The notes: generated by a model not told the origin, from the sequence alone. A stretch of DNA of 64,000 bases from Candidatus Poribacteria bacterium (GCA_965214095.1 OZ243938.1:2912001-2976000); one strand, 5' to 3'; numbered from the stretch's first letter, positions 30,009 through 39,984 are shown. Numbers and translations: made by a program.

Positions 30009-32102
30009 ATGATTAAAAAACACCTATCAATAATCACTATACTTATAGTGTTCGTGACGATTCAGTCTATCCAAGCACAAACAAAACTCTTGAGAGGACT
30101 ACCCGATGATGCCATTGCACGACTTGGAAAAGGTGGTATCAATGTTATACAATTTTCACCTGATGGAACGCATCTTGCTGTTGGAACTGATATCGGTGTA
30201 CGACTGTATAATGTTGCAACAAAACAAGAAATATCGCTCCCTAACAGAATCGTTGGACAGATCAACACTATAGCCTTTTCAAAAGAGGGACGTATACTCG
30301 CTTGCGGTGGATATTTTAATCCTATAATCCAGTTATGGGATATAGAGTTCGGAGTGGAACTTCCATCGCTACAATCATCAAAACCCCAGGCTTATATCGA
30401 GTGGGAACATTTTCCCATACATTCGGTCATCGCATTGGCTTTTTCAGAGAATGGAAGAACACTTGTTGGTGTAGATTATGAAGGACTGTTCACATACTGG
30501 GATATAAACTCACAACAGATAGAATCAGAACAGCGACAATATACCATTTTGGATATATACGCATCCACATTATCACAGGATGGACGCACGTTCATTACTG
30601 GCAGAGAAAATGGTGAAATCTCAATATGGAATACACAGACAGGTAGCAGAGATGCAATTCTCAAAGGACACAAACCCTTTTTTAAATGGTCAAAACGCAA
30701 TCCGAGAATACGTGCATTGGCATTCTCACCTGATAGAACTACATTTGCAAGTGGGAGTAAAGACAAGACTGTGCGTCTGTGGGATACAGAACGTCGTAAA
30801 AGGAAAGCAACGTTGAAAGGTCATAAGGCTTGGGTCACTGCAATTGCTTTTTCCCATAATGGAGATACAGTGGCAAGCGGTGATTCGAATGGACATATCA
30901 GGATTTGGGATACACGAAGAAAGCGTTTGAAGACAAAACTTGATAGTCATACAAATAGTATCATTTCGCTTGCATTCTCACCAGATGGGAGAATATTTGC
31001 AAGTGGGAGTGCAGATGGAACGATCCAACTATGGGATTCCAATTCCTGGAAAGAACCTGTTACTTTGGATACCGATTATACAGAGTTGGTCAGAGCAATA
31101 GCATTCTCACCTGACAATACAACTGTCTCTACAGCAATGTATAATAATACAGTGCAGAAATACGATGCGCAGACAGGAGACTTGTTATCCAATTTCAATA
31201 AGGCAAACCAACAGACAACATACTCAGTTGCGATATCACCTGATGCAAGCCTACTTGCCTGCCATCCGGTCCAAGGAAATATCGTTTTCAATGCAAAGGA
31301 AAAATGGCACATGGAATATAGGTATCAGGGACACGAGAAAATCCAAGTGTGGGATTTAGATACAGGTCAAGAACTTCCTACAATAATGAATGCTTTTGGT
31401 AGGATGGTGTTTACCCCTGATAGTAATTATATCTCTTGTACTTCATCTGAAGGGGTTGAGGTTTGGGTCTCTTGGACCTCCTTAGGATCTTATTCTTATG
31501 GAAGTGACGATGGAATCTATCTTTGGAATGTAAGAACTGGGGATAAGCTATATCATTTGGAACAAAAGGATATGTATGAATCCGAGTCTATGGCTATTTC
31601 TCCTGACGGTACTAAACTTGTTACACCCGGAGATAGCCGCAGGTTTGGAACACTTATATGGAATATTGAGAAGTCTGATGAACCTATTTCACTCGCTGAG
31701 GATGCTGATGCCGCGGCTTTTTCACCCGATGGTGCAATCCTTGCAACAACACGGAATTTTGATAAACATTTATGGGATACTGAAACGGGGGAGATGTTGC
31801 GTGAAATTCGTCCCCGAGGACCGAATGCAGCGGAAGGGAGGAATATAACCTTCTCACCTGAAGGTTCATTAATCCTTGTTTCAAAAGTCGAACCTATAAT
31901 GCCATTTCCATCAGATTTCATTGAAATCATTGACGTTGTTTCGGGCAAAACTTTACGCTCCCTTCCTGGCCATACAGAACCTATTGAAACATTGGTTTTC
32001 TCACATAATGGAAAAATACTCGCAAGCGGATCCCAAGATGGCACTGTGCTGTTGTGGGACTGGAAAAAAATCTATGCAAAAATCAAACCAGATGAGAGAT
32101 AA
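30009..32102 (+). CDS. Exported WD40-repeat protein (697 aa)
   Basis: Signal peptide IQA-Q; LPDDAIARLGKG start of the WD40 block; no LRR. Confidence 0.9.
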   Translation: MIKKHLSIITILIVFVTIQSIQAQTKLLRGLPDDAIARLGKGGINVIQFSPDGTHLAVGTDIGVRLYNVATKQEISLPNRIVGQINTIAFSKEGRILACGGYFNPIIQLWDIEFGVELPSLQSSKPQAYIEWEHFPIHSVIALAFSENGRTLVGVDYEGLFTYWDINSQQIESEQRQYTILDIYASTLSQDGRTFITGRENGEISIWNTQTGSRDAILKGHKPFFKWSKRNPRIRALAFSPDRTTFASGSKDKTVRLWDTERRKRKATLKGHKAWVTAIAFSHNGDTVASGDSNGHIRIWDTRRKRLKTKLDSHTNSIISLAFSPDGRIFASGSADGTIQLWDSNSWKEPVTLDTDYTELVRAIAFSPDNTTVSTAMYNNTVQKYDAQTGDLLSNFNKANQQTTYSVAISPDASLLACHPVQGNIVFNAKEKWHMEYRYQGHEKIQVWDLDTGQELPTIMNAFGRMVFTPDSNYISCTSSEGVEVWVSWTSLGSYSYGSDDGIYLWNVRTGDKLYHLEQKDMYESESMAISPDGTKLVTPGDSRRFGTLIWNIEKSDEPISLAEDADAAAFSPDGAILATTRNFDKHLWDTETGEMLREIRPRGPNAAEGRNITFSPEGSLILVSKVEPIMPFPSDFIEIIDVVSGKTLRSLPGHTEPIETLVFSHNGKILASGSQDGTVLLWDWKKIYAKIKPDER

Positions 32103-32120
32103 ACAAAATTGATTTAACCC

Positions 32121-32150
32121 TTGACATATTCATTATAAATGTAGTACACT
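32121..32150 (+). promoter_or_regulatory. sigma70-type promoter of the MoxR/vWA operon
   Basis: TTGACA, 18-nt spacer, TACACT, 56 nt before the ATG with an AGGAGG RBS. Confidence 0.6.
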
Positions 32151-32206
32151 ATTATCATACTCAAAAATAATCAGCAATTGACGATACTCCATAGGAGGTC
32201 TACTTC

Positions 32207-33679
32207 ATGCCGGAAAAGATGATTCTTGAAAAAATACGCCATGTCCGCCGCCGTTTGAATGTGCAAGGTTATTTTCAAACACTTGCAAAGTTCTTACTAA
32301 TTGGACTATTAGTGTGTGCACCCGTAGTTATTGTTGATAGTTTAATAACCTCATTTAACATCCCACCGTATGCATTTGCCTGTGTAGCGGCTGGAATTGC
32401 GTTAGTATCATACATCGTCCGTCTCATTCGTCCTGTTGATCTACATGAAGCTGCCCGTGCGATTGATATTGACGGTTCCCTAAAGGATCGCGTCGTCAGT
32501 GGGTTAGAACAAATTGAACATAAATCGAATGAAACGTTGAGTGAACTGCAGTTAAAAGATACTACAGCAAGATTACAAGCAATCCCCTTGAAACAGGTAG
32601 CGCGATATACAGTTCCCCGTGAAACCAAATATGTCGCACTTGTAGCAATATTTGTCGTCGCATTCTCGTTTGTAGAGTTTTTTGCACCACCCGCGACTTC
32701 AACTGAAATAGACTATTCTCCGCAAATCGCTGCAGAAGCGGATGTGCTATTGAATACAATTGATGAAGCGAAAAAAGATGCAGAATTGAGTGAAGACGAG
32801 GAACTCAAAGAGATTCTGGAAGAGATTGAAAAACGAACTCAGGAATTGAAGAAGCCGCAGATTTCTCCGAAAGAAGCTCTTGCAAGAATGACCGAATTGA
32901 CTGCCTTATTGAAGACGAAGATTGATCCAATCAAAATGGCACAACAAGAGGCATTGATGAAAGGACTCGGTCAACAGTTCATCGGAAATCCAATTCTTGG
33001 AGAATTCGGACAGAAGTTGAAAAAGGGTGACTATGATGAAGCTGCTGACAAACTTGACAAAGTGGCACAGGACATTCCAAAGTTTGACCAAGAGCAGAAA
33101 CAAAACCTATCTGATGAACTCAAACGCGCAGGTAATAGTCTAAAAGACAGCGATCTCAGTGGACTTGGCGGACAACTATCTGGAGCAGGCGATGCTTTGG
33201 GAGACAATGATGGCGAAGGTGCACAGGGAAAACTAAGTGAATCCAGTAAAAGCATCCGTAATTTCGACCTTCTCAAAAATCGCAACCAGAAGTTGGAAGA
33301 TTTGTTGTGTGCATGTGAAGAATGTAAAAACTGCATCGGTGCATGTTGCGGTGCTGGTAATGCTCCATCAAACCTGTTATCCAACAGTCCGAGTGATAAA
33401 GCAGGGACAAAAACATCTGAATCACAACAAGGTGACCTAACTTCGCTGGATTCTACACTGAATCTTGAACAGTTGAAAGGTGTCCAAGGTGAAGGAGATT
33501 CTTCGGTTGAAACCACGAAAGCATCTGCTGAAGGACAAGAATCTTCACTCAGTTACAAAGATGCTTATATGAAGTATCAGAAGTTATCTGAGGATGCAAT
33601 GACAGAAGAACAGATCCCTCTCAGCTACAAGTTCTATGTGAAACGTTATTTCGAATCCATCAAACCTGCAGAAGAGTAA
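32207..33679 (+). CDS. Membrane-anchored coiled-coil protein of MoxR/vWA operons
   Basis: Three hydrophobic segments, AARAID...LKDRVVSGLE, long helical region, Cys cluster, C-terminal EQIPLSYKFYVKRYF. Confidence 0.8.
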   Translation: MPEKMILEKIRHVRRRLNVQGYFQTLAKFLLIGLLVCAPVVIVDSLITSFNIPPYAFACVAAGIALVSYIVRLIRPVDLHEAARAIDIDGSLKDRVVSGLEQIEHKSNETLSELQLKDTTARLQAIPLKQVARYTVPRETKYVALVAIFVVAFSFVEFFAPPATSTEIDYSPQIAAEADVLLNTIDEAKKDAELSEDEELKEILEEIEKRTQELKKPQISPKEALARMTELTALLKTKIDPIKMAQQEALMKGLGQQFIGNPILGEFGQKLKKGDYDEAADKLDKVAQDIPKFDQEQKQNLSDELKRAGNSLKDSDLSGLGGQLSGAGDALGDNDGEGAQGKLSESSKSIRNFDLLKNRNQKLEDLLCACEECKNCIGACCGAGNAPSNLLSNSPSDKAGTKTSESQQGDLTSLDSTLNLEQLKGVQGEGDSSVETTKASAEGQESSLSYKDAYMKYQKLSEDAMTEEQIPLSYKFYVKRYFESIKPAEE

Positions 33680-33694
33680 ACTGAGTATTCATGC

Positions 33695-33733
33695 TAAATC
33701 ACCGCAGAGATGTCCTATCTTTGCGGTGATTTA
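33695..33733 (+). other. 17-bp-stem hairpin inside the operon (RNA stabiliser, processing site or partial terminator)
   Basis: taaatcaccgcagagat-gtcct-atctttgcggtgattta with one G-U pair; no long U tract. Confidence 0.6.
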
Positions 33734-33764
33734 ATGCCTACGCACTGCTACCGTAAGGTGAAAT

Positions 33765-34748
33765 ATGTCCGAACAAGTAGAACAGAAACACGATGAATTT
33801 CGCGAGACATTTTTAAAAATACAAGAAGAGATTTCAAAACGTATCGTTGGTCAAAAAGAGATAATTGAGGGAGTCCTCATCTGCTTGATGACGGGAGGAC
33901 ACGCACTCTTAGAAGGCGTTCCCGGTTTAGGAAAAACGCTACTCATCAGCACACTCAAGGAAGTTCTTGATCTTGAGTATCAAAGAATACAGTTCACACC
34001 TGACCTGATGCCTGCTGACATCGTTGGAACAACCATCGTTGCAGAAGACGAGAATAGACAGAAGTTTTTTGAATTCCAACCTGGACCCATATTTGCTAAC
34101 CTCGTTCTTGCCGATGAAATCAATCGAGCAACCCCAAAAACGCAATCCGCTTTGTTAGAGGCAATGCAAGAGAAGTCTGTCACCGTGGCAGGACAGCACC
34201 GTCCTCTTGACCTGCCTTTCTTCGTAATGGCAACCCAAAATCCATTGGAAATGGAAGGCACATATCCGCTGCCTGAAGCACAGCTTGACCGTTTCTTTTT
34301 CAAGTTGAAGGTAGAATTTCCCTCTCTTGACGAACTTGATTTAGTTATGGAACGCACAACCAAACGAGAAATGCCATCCGTTGGAAAGGTGTGTGATGGT
34401 AAGCAGATAAACGAACTGGAACAGATTGTGCGAGACATTCTTGTTGCAGAAGATGTACGAAGATATGCCTTGCGGATAGTGCTGGGAACACATCCCGAAA
34501 CCGATGATGCACCGGAAAAGACAAAGCAATATGTTCGATACGGTTCAAGTCCTCGTGGGGCACAAGCATTGATTCTTGCAAGTAAGGTGCGTGCAATTCT
34601 CGATAGTCGGTATAACGTCGCGCGTGAAGACATTCAAGCGGTTGCATTGCCAAGTCTCCGTCATCGTCTCATTCTAAGTTTTGAAGGTGAAGCGGAAGGT
34701 ATTGATCCCGACGAAATCATTCTGCATCTGTTAGAAGTAATCGATTGA
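33765..34748 (+). CDS. moxR: MoxR-family AAA+ ATPase
   Basis: GHALLEGVPGLGKT, RIQFTPDLMPADI, LADEINRATPKTQSALLEAMQE, ATQNPLEMEGTYPLPEAQLDRF. Confidence 0.95.
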   Translation: MSEQVEQKHDEFRETFLKIQEEISKRIVGQKEIIEGVLICLMTGGHALLEGVPGLGKTLLISTLKEVLDLEYQRIQFTPDLMPADIVGTTIVAEDENRQKFFEFQPGPIFANLVLADEINRATPKTQSALLEAMQEKSVTVAGQHRPLDLPFFVMATQNPLEMEGTYPLPEAQLDRFFFKLKVEFPSLDELDLVMERTTKREMPSVGKVCDGKQINELEQIVRDILVAEDVRRYALRIVLGTHPETDDAPEKTKQYVRYGSSPRGAQALILASKVRAILDSRYNVAREDIQAVALPSLRHRLILSFEGEAEGIDPDEIILHLLEVID

Positions 34749-34842
34749 AGAGTTAGAATAATCTGATTGCTTAATCCTGTTAATCTCTCACCTACACACA
34801 AGAAAACCTGTCCTAAATCCTTGATATTACTGAGGTCTTCTT

Positions 34843-35733
34843 ATGCAAAACGATACACAATCCGCATTTGACAGTGAATTCCTAAAAAAGTTGGAATATC
34901 TTTACATCGTCTCAAAGAAGATATTTTCAGGACGAATCAAAGCAGAACGGCGCAGCACACGACGTGGTGTGAGTGTTGAATTTGCTGATTATCGGAACTA
35001 CACACCTGGCGATGATTTCCGTTATATCGATTGGAATGCGTTTGCAAGGTTAGACGAACTTTTGCTAAAACTATATGAGGAACGCGAAGACCTGCACATC
35101 TATTTCCTCGTAGATGTGAGCCAATCCATGACTTATGGTGAGTTACCGAAACTGATATATGCTAAACGGGTGGCTGCTGCGCTTGCTTATATCGGTCTGT
35201 CAAACCTTGACCGTATCGGGATCACAGCATTCAACACAACGGACATGAATCGTTTGCCGACAGAACGTGGTAAAGCGAAAATCTTTACCGTCCTGAATTT
35301 CCTGGATCAGATCAACGGTAGTGGAGAAACAGATCTGGAACATGCATTCCAGAATTTTGTGCATCAGACAAAACGACGTGGATTGGTTGTACTGATATCC
35401 GACCTATTTGACCCCAAAGGGTTCACTGCTGGTCTGAATATGCTGAAGTTTCAGAAACATGACCTTTTCGTCATACATATTATTGATGAAAAAGAGGCAG
35501 AACCCAGTCTTCTTGGCGATTATCACCTTGTTGATGTTGAAACAAATCAACTCCGACCTGTCACTATCAACGAAAATCACATTAAACGTTACCAGGCTCT
35601 TTTCCAAAAGTATTGTGATGACCTTGACCGATATTGTAGACAACGTGAGATTAGCCTCGTCCGGACGACGACAAAAGCACCTTTTGAAGAACTTATTCTG
35701 AGAATATTTCGTATGGGTGGTTTTGTGTCATAA
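34843..35733 (+). CDS. DUF58 domain protein
   Basis: GVSVEFADYRNYTPGDDFRYIDWN, LVDVSQSM, VLISDL. Confidence 0.93.
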   Translation: MQNDTQSAFDSEFLKKLEYLYIVSKKIFSGRIKAERRSTRRGVSVEFADYRNYTPGDDFRYIDWNAFARLDELLLKLYEEREDLHIYFLVDVSQSMTYGELPKLIYAKRVAAALAYIGLSNLDRIGITAFNTTDMNRLPTERGKAKIFTVLNFLDQINGSGETDLEHAFQNFVHQTKRRGLVVLISDLFDPKGFTAGLNMLKFQKHDLFVIHIIDEKEAEPSLLGDYHLVDVETNQLRPVTINENHIKRYQALFQKYCDDLDRYCRQREISLVRTTTKAPFEELILRIFRMGGFVS

Positions 35734-35777
35734 CGGATTAGTTTTGATATAAGATTGTCCGTGATTATTATAGATAG

Positions 35778-37835
35778 ATGAATTTTTTGTCTCCCACCTC
35801 CCTATTCCTATTTGGTCTGGCACTCCCGATCATCGCGCTGTATATTCTTAAACTGCGCCGACGACGTGAACCTGTCTCCACCTTGATGTTCTGGGAACAA
35901 CTCTTCAAAGAGAGACAAACCACATCGTTATTTCAAAGACTGAAACATCTGTTGTCGTTATTGTTACAACTCCTGTTTCTCGCGCTATTAGTGCTTGCCA
36001 TTGCAAGACCACAGTTCGCATTTATTACCAAGTCTGCGAGACAGTTGATCTTAATTATTGATAACTCTGCGAGCATGAATGCTGTGCTGAAACTTGATCC
36101 CGATAATCCTTCTTCTGAAACACGTTTGGATTCTACTAAGGAACAGGCATTACAGTTAGTCCAAGGACTCCGATTTATGGACGAAATGACTGTCATTAGC
36201 AATCATAAACAACCAACAATTCAGACTCCGTTTACAAGCCACCAGAAAACACTGAGAGAAGCAATTGGATCAATTGACCCAACCGATATTAGAACAGACC
36301 TAAAACCAGCAGTGGATTTAGCGTATACAATCGCTGAAACAAAGCCGAACCCAGAAATCATTATCATGAGCGACTTTCATGCAGTCTCTGAAAAGACAAT
36401 CACCCAATTTCAAGGGGCACAATCAGAAGATCAACCGTCTGAAGAAGAACAGGAAAGTGTGGAGAAACCTAAACTACACCTGATTAGGATAGGTGAAGAT
36501 AACGATAATGTCGGTATCACACAGTTTCGTGTGCGGAAAAGCATCGTAAATGTCTTTGATTACGAAACGTTATTGACTGTTGTGAATGCTTCTGATGAAG
36601 AAAAGAAATGTAGTGTTGAACTATATTTCAACGACAGTCTCTTTGATGTGCGTCCCTACACACTTTCCCCCGGTGAGAAAAAATCTGAAATTTTCAGTAA
36701 TTTTGCATTTGAAGGTGGAGAATTGAAAGCGGTTTTGGATACTACTGATGCCTTATTATCGGATAATGTTGCTTATGCCACCTTGCCGAAACGCGAGCAG
36801 ATCTCTGTTCTGTTAATCACAGAGGAAAATCCGTTTTTAGAAAAAGTGCTCTCGGTTGATGAAGAACTCAATCTGAGTGTTATGAATCCATCGGAATACG
36901 AATCTTCTCCAAAAACTGCACAGGTGATCATCTTTGACAGATACAGTCCAACGAATATAGGGGATGGCAATTATATGTTTATCTATCCGCCTAAGTTAGA
37001 AAATTCAACAGAGGGGGATGTGCAGGACTCTGCGTTAACTTGGAACATCGGAGAAGCACTTGAAACACCAATCATTACAGATTGGGAACGGACACATCCG
37101 ATACTACAGCATGTTCATCTGGAAAATGTGCTAATCGGGGAGGCATATCAGATTACACCCCCATCAACTGCACAGATTTTGGCGCGTTCGTTTGAATCTC
37201 CTGTTCTGTTCATTGATGTTTCGCAGAACCGAAAGGTTGTTTTTGTTGCAATCAACATCCTGCAGTCCGACCTGCCATTGCGTATTGCATTCCCTGTCAT
37301 CATAGCAAATACGATCCAGTGGTTTCAACACGACCAAGGCATACAGGAATATCACCTGCAGACAGGTGAGGTACTAAGATATAAGTTTGATTCGGAATAT
37401 CCAACTATCACAGAGTCTGATCAAGTAGAGGAATCTCCCACTGAAAGGACGCAACAAACCTTGACGATTACTGGCCCAGGAGACAAATCGTGGGAAATTC
37501 CTATTGAAAACGATGAGATGCTGTTTGATCACACACAACAGGCTGGATTTTACAAGGTTACAGACTCAGACACTACAATTAACAGTGATGTTGATGAGCA
37601 AAATACCGACGAAGAAGAGACGGAAGAACCGAAGCAGTTGTGGGCAGTCAACATCGCAAGCGAAACTGAATCGCATATCGGGATAACCGATGGAATTGAA
37701 GACATGTTAACGGATTCTGAGGTATTGGTTGGTAGTTCATTTTTTCGCTATCCGCCTTGGATATATTTAATTCTCTTGGCAGTAGTATTGACCGTTGTGG
37801 AGTGGTTTCTGTATCAACGGAGAAGAATTGAGTAA
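35778..37835 (+). CDS. BatA-type N-terminal double-TM vWA protein with C-terminal TM
   Basis: LPIIALYILK...VSTLMFW...LAIARP; MIDAS IDNSASM; C-terminal LTVVEWFLYQRR. Confidence 0.9.
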   Translation: MNFLSPTSLFLFGLALPIIALYILKLRRRREPVSTLMFWEQLFKERQTTSLFQRLKHLLSLLLQLLFLALLVLAIARPQFAFITKSARQLILIIDNSASMNAVLKLDPDNPSSETRLDSTKEQALQLVQGLRFMDEMTVISNHKQPTIQTPFTSHQKTLREAIGSIDPTDIRTDLKPAVDLAYTIAETKPNPEIIIMSDFHAVSEKTITQFQGAQSEDQPSEEEQESVEKPKLHLIRIGEDNDNVGITQFRVRKSIVNVFDYETLLTVVNASDEEKKCSVELYFNDSLFDVRPYTLSPGEKKSEIFSNFAFEGGELKAVLDTTDALLSDNVAYATLPKREQISVLLITEENPFLEKVLSVDEELNLSVMNPSEYESSPKTAQVIIFDRYSPTNIGDGNYMFIYPPKLENSTEGDVQDSALTWNIGEALETPIITDWERTHPILQHVHLENVLIGEAYQITPPSTAQILARSFESPVLFIDVSQNRKVVFVAINILQSDLPLRIAFPVIIANTIQWFQHDQGIQEYHLQTGEVLRYKFDSEYPTITESDQVEESPTERTQQTLTITGPGDKSWEIPIENDEMLFDHTQQAGFYKVTDSDTTINSDVDEQNTDEEETEEPKQLWAVNIASETESHIGITDGIEDMLTDSEVLVGSSFFRYPPWIYLILLAVVLTVVEWFLYQRRRIE

Positions 37836-37855
37836 GTGCAATTTGTTGTCTAAGC

Positions 37856-37930
37856 TGCGACTATATGCAAGCAGACCTGACATATAGTAGCACTATATGC
37901 AAATAGACTTGGCATATAGTCGCACTATTT
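37856..37930. repeat. Tandem 32-bp palindromic repeats upstream of the DUF4143 ATPase
   Basis: actatatgcaagcagacctgacatatagtagc (37860-37891), actatatgcaaatagacttggcatatagtcgc (37892-37923), partial actattt; outer 13-bp perfect inverted repeat tgcgactatatgc/gcatatagtcgca. Confidence 0.85.
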
Positions 37931-37944
37931 GATACCATAGAAGT

Positions 37945-39086
37945 ATGGTAAACAGAAAATTTTGGCTAAATCAAATAGAAAATGCATGGGAACGTCGGTC
38001 GTGTGGCTGTCAGGAGTCCGTCGCGTTGGAAAAACGTGCTTGTGTCAGACATTGCCTGATATTGAGTATTTTGACTGTGAACTACCACGTGTCAGACGAT
38101 TGATGGAGGATCCACAAGAATTTCTTGACAGTATTGAAAGTCGGAGGATTGTACTTGATGAAATCCATCGGCTACCAAACCCATCTGAATTATTAAAGAT
38201 TGCAGCTGATTATTATCCTCAAATTAAAATTGTGGCAACTGGTTCTTCAACTCTGGGAGCGAGTGCAAAATTCCGGGACACACTCGCTGGACGTAAGACA
38301 GAATTATGGTTAACACCTATAATGATGGACGACTTAAATGATTTCAATCAATCCAACATACAGCATCGCTTATTACACGGTGGACTGCCTCCGTTTTTTC
38401 TCCAGTCTGAATATCCAGAAAACGACTATCAAGAGTGGATTGATGCATATTGGGCGAAGGATATACAAGAACTTTTTAGGCTTGAACGCCGATATTCGTT
38501 TCAAAAATTTACTGAGCTGCTCATGTTACAGAGTGGCGGGATTTTTGAGGCAACGAAGTTTGCTGCACCTTGTGAGGTGAGTCGTGGGACAATATCAAAT
38601 TATCTGTCTATTTTAGAGGCAACTTTTGTTGTTCACATCATCAGACCGTTCAGTTCACGTCGTTCATCAGAAATAGTTTCTGCCCCAAAAGTCTATGGAT
38701 TTGATACTGGATTTGTTTGCTACTATCAAGGATGGACGCAACTACGGCAGGATGACCTTGGATTACTTTGGGAACATTATGTTCTAAACGAAATTATGGC
38801 ACATACTCAATCACATGAGATACAATATTGGCGTGACAAAAGAGGGCATGAGGTAGATTTCGTTCTCACACGCTCTCGTCAAATGCCTATAGCCGTTGAA
38901 TGCAAGTGGAGCGCAGACGAATTTTCTCCTCGTCAACTCTTGGCATTCCGTAGACAGTATCCTGAAGGATTGAATTTTGTCATAGCACATGATGTAGATA
39001 GACCTTATACGAAAACGTATAACGGTATCATGGCTAAGTTCGTAAATTTGAAGAGGTCGATTACAGAAATAACTAACAATGCATAG
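37945..39086 (+). CDS. AAA_14 + DUF4143 ATPase with C-terminal PD-(D/E)XK-like domain; probable 5' frameshift near 38000 (main ORF 37962-39086)
   Basis: GVRRVGKT, LDEIH, ATGSS, LAGR, GGLP, PKVYGFDTG, YWRDKRGHEVDFV, AVECK. A natural-looking N-terminus MVNRKFWLNQIENAWERRS starts at 37945 in another frame. Confidence 0.85.
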
Positions 39087-39096
39087 GTAAATATGT

Positions 39097-39867
39097 ATGT
39101 ATAAACAGATGCTAAAAGTTATTGGCGTAGTGATACTTTCATATTTAGTTTTGTCATTGATAGTCAAATATGCAATTACTCCATCAACACAATTGAAGGT
39201 AAACGGACAAACGGTAGATGAACGGATACAACACATTCAAGAACAAATCGAATACTACATGTTAGTCACTGAAACTATGGATATATCCTCAAAATCTATG
39301 GCAGCTTTCAATGCAATTGATTTGCGCCACCAAGAAGAAACTGTAGATTTTACTCCTTTGACTGAGACAATAAACAAGACAATCGAAAAATTGAAGCAGG
39401 TGATAGAAAGTGATACAGAAACGATTGAACTGTCTAATGAAGATGAAGGATACCTAAAATCATTGGTAGATTCACATACCAAGTTGAAGGAAAAACTGAT
39501 AGAATTAAAACAGAATATGGAGAATATAAATACGCAAATTCAAACATTACTTATTGACAGACAAAATACTACCACATCAACTATACCTATACAATCAATC
39601 AATAAATTGTATGAAGCTTTTGAGAAAGTATCCGAAACAAAAGGTTCAATAAGCTCAATTTTTGGCAATACACTAAACATATTTCAATCAATTACTCGTA
39701 TGACTCTTATGCAACAAAATTGGGAAATGCAGATCGACTTCAGTATGAAAAGGGTTGTAGGTGGGATAGTATTTTGCTGTCTATTGTCAATTGGAATGGT
39801 CTTTCTTGTTATGAAACCAAGAAGGTTTTCTATGAAACAGTTTTATGCTAAGGATTCATCGGAATAA
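39097..39867 (+). CDS. Hypothetical two-TM protein with helical extracytoplasmic region
   Basis: Hydrophobic segments at both ends with a coiled-coil-like middle. Confidence 0.7.
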   Translation: MYKQMLKVIGVVILSYLVLSLIVKYAITPSTQLKVNGQTVDERIQHIQEQIEYYMLVTETMDISSKSMAAFNAIDLRHQEETVDFTPLTETINKTIEKLKQVIESDTETIELSNEDEGYLKSLVDSHTKLKEKLIELKQNMENINTQIQTLLIDRQNTTTSTIPIQSINKLYEAFEKVSETKGSISSIFGNTLNIFQSITRMTLMQQNWEMQIDFSMKRVVGGIVFCCLLSIGMVFLVMKPRRFSMKQFYAKDSSE

Positions 39868-39984
39868 TGGATTGAATTAAATTTAATTGATACTTATCAC
39901 CCGTACCCAAAGTATAGAGAGATTGAAAAGACAATTAGATCCAATATGCAACTTCATATTACAATCTTAATGAATGGAGAATAA

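Noticed and set aside
26376-32102. DGR template/variable repeat pair
   Set aside because: No reverse transcriptase in the window, both copies are coding, and the two differences (C/A, T/G) are not a run of adenine-specific changes.
37856-37930. Mini-CRISPR array
   Set aside because: Units are contiguous with no unique spacers, there are only two, and no cas genes are present.
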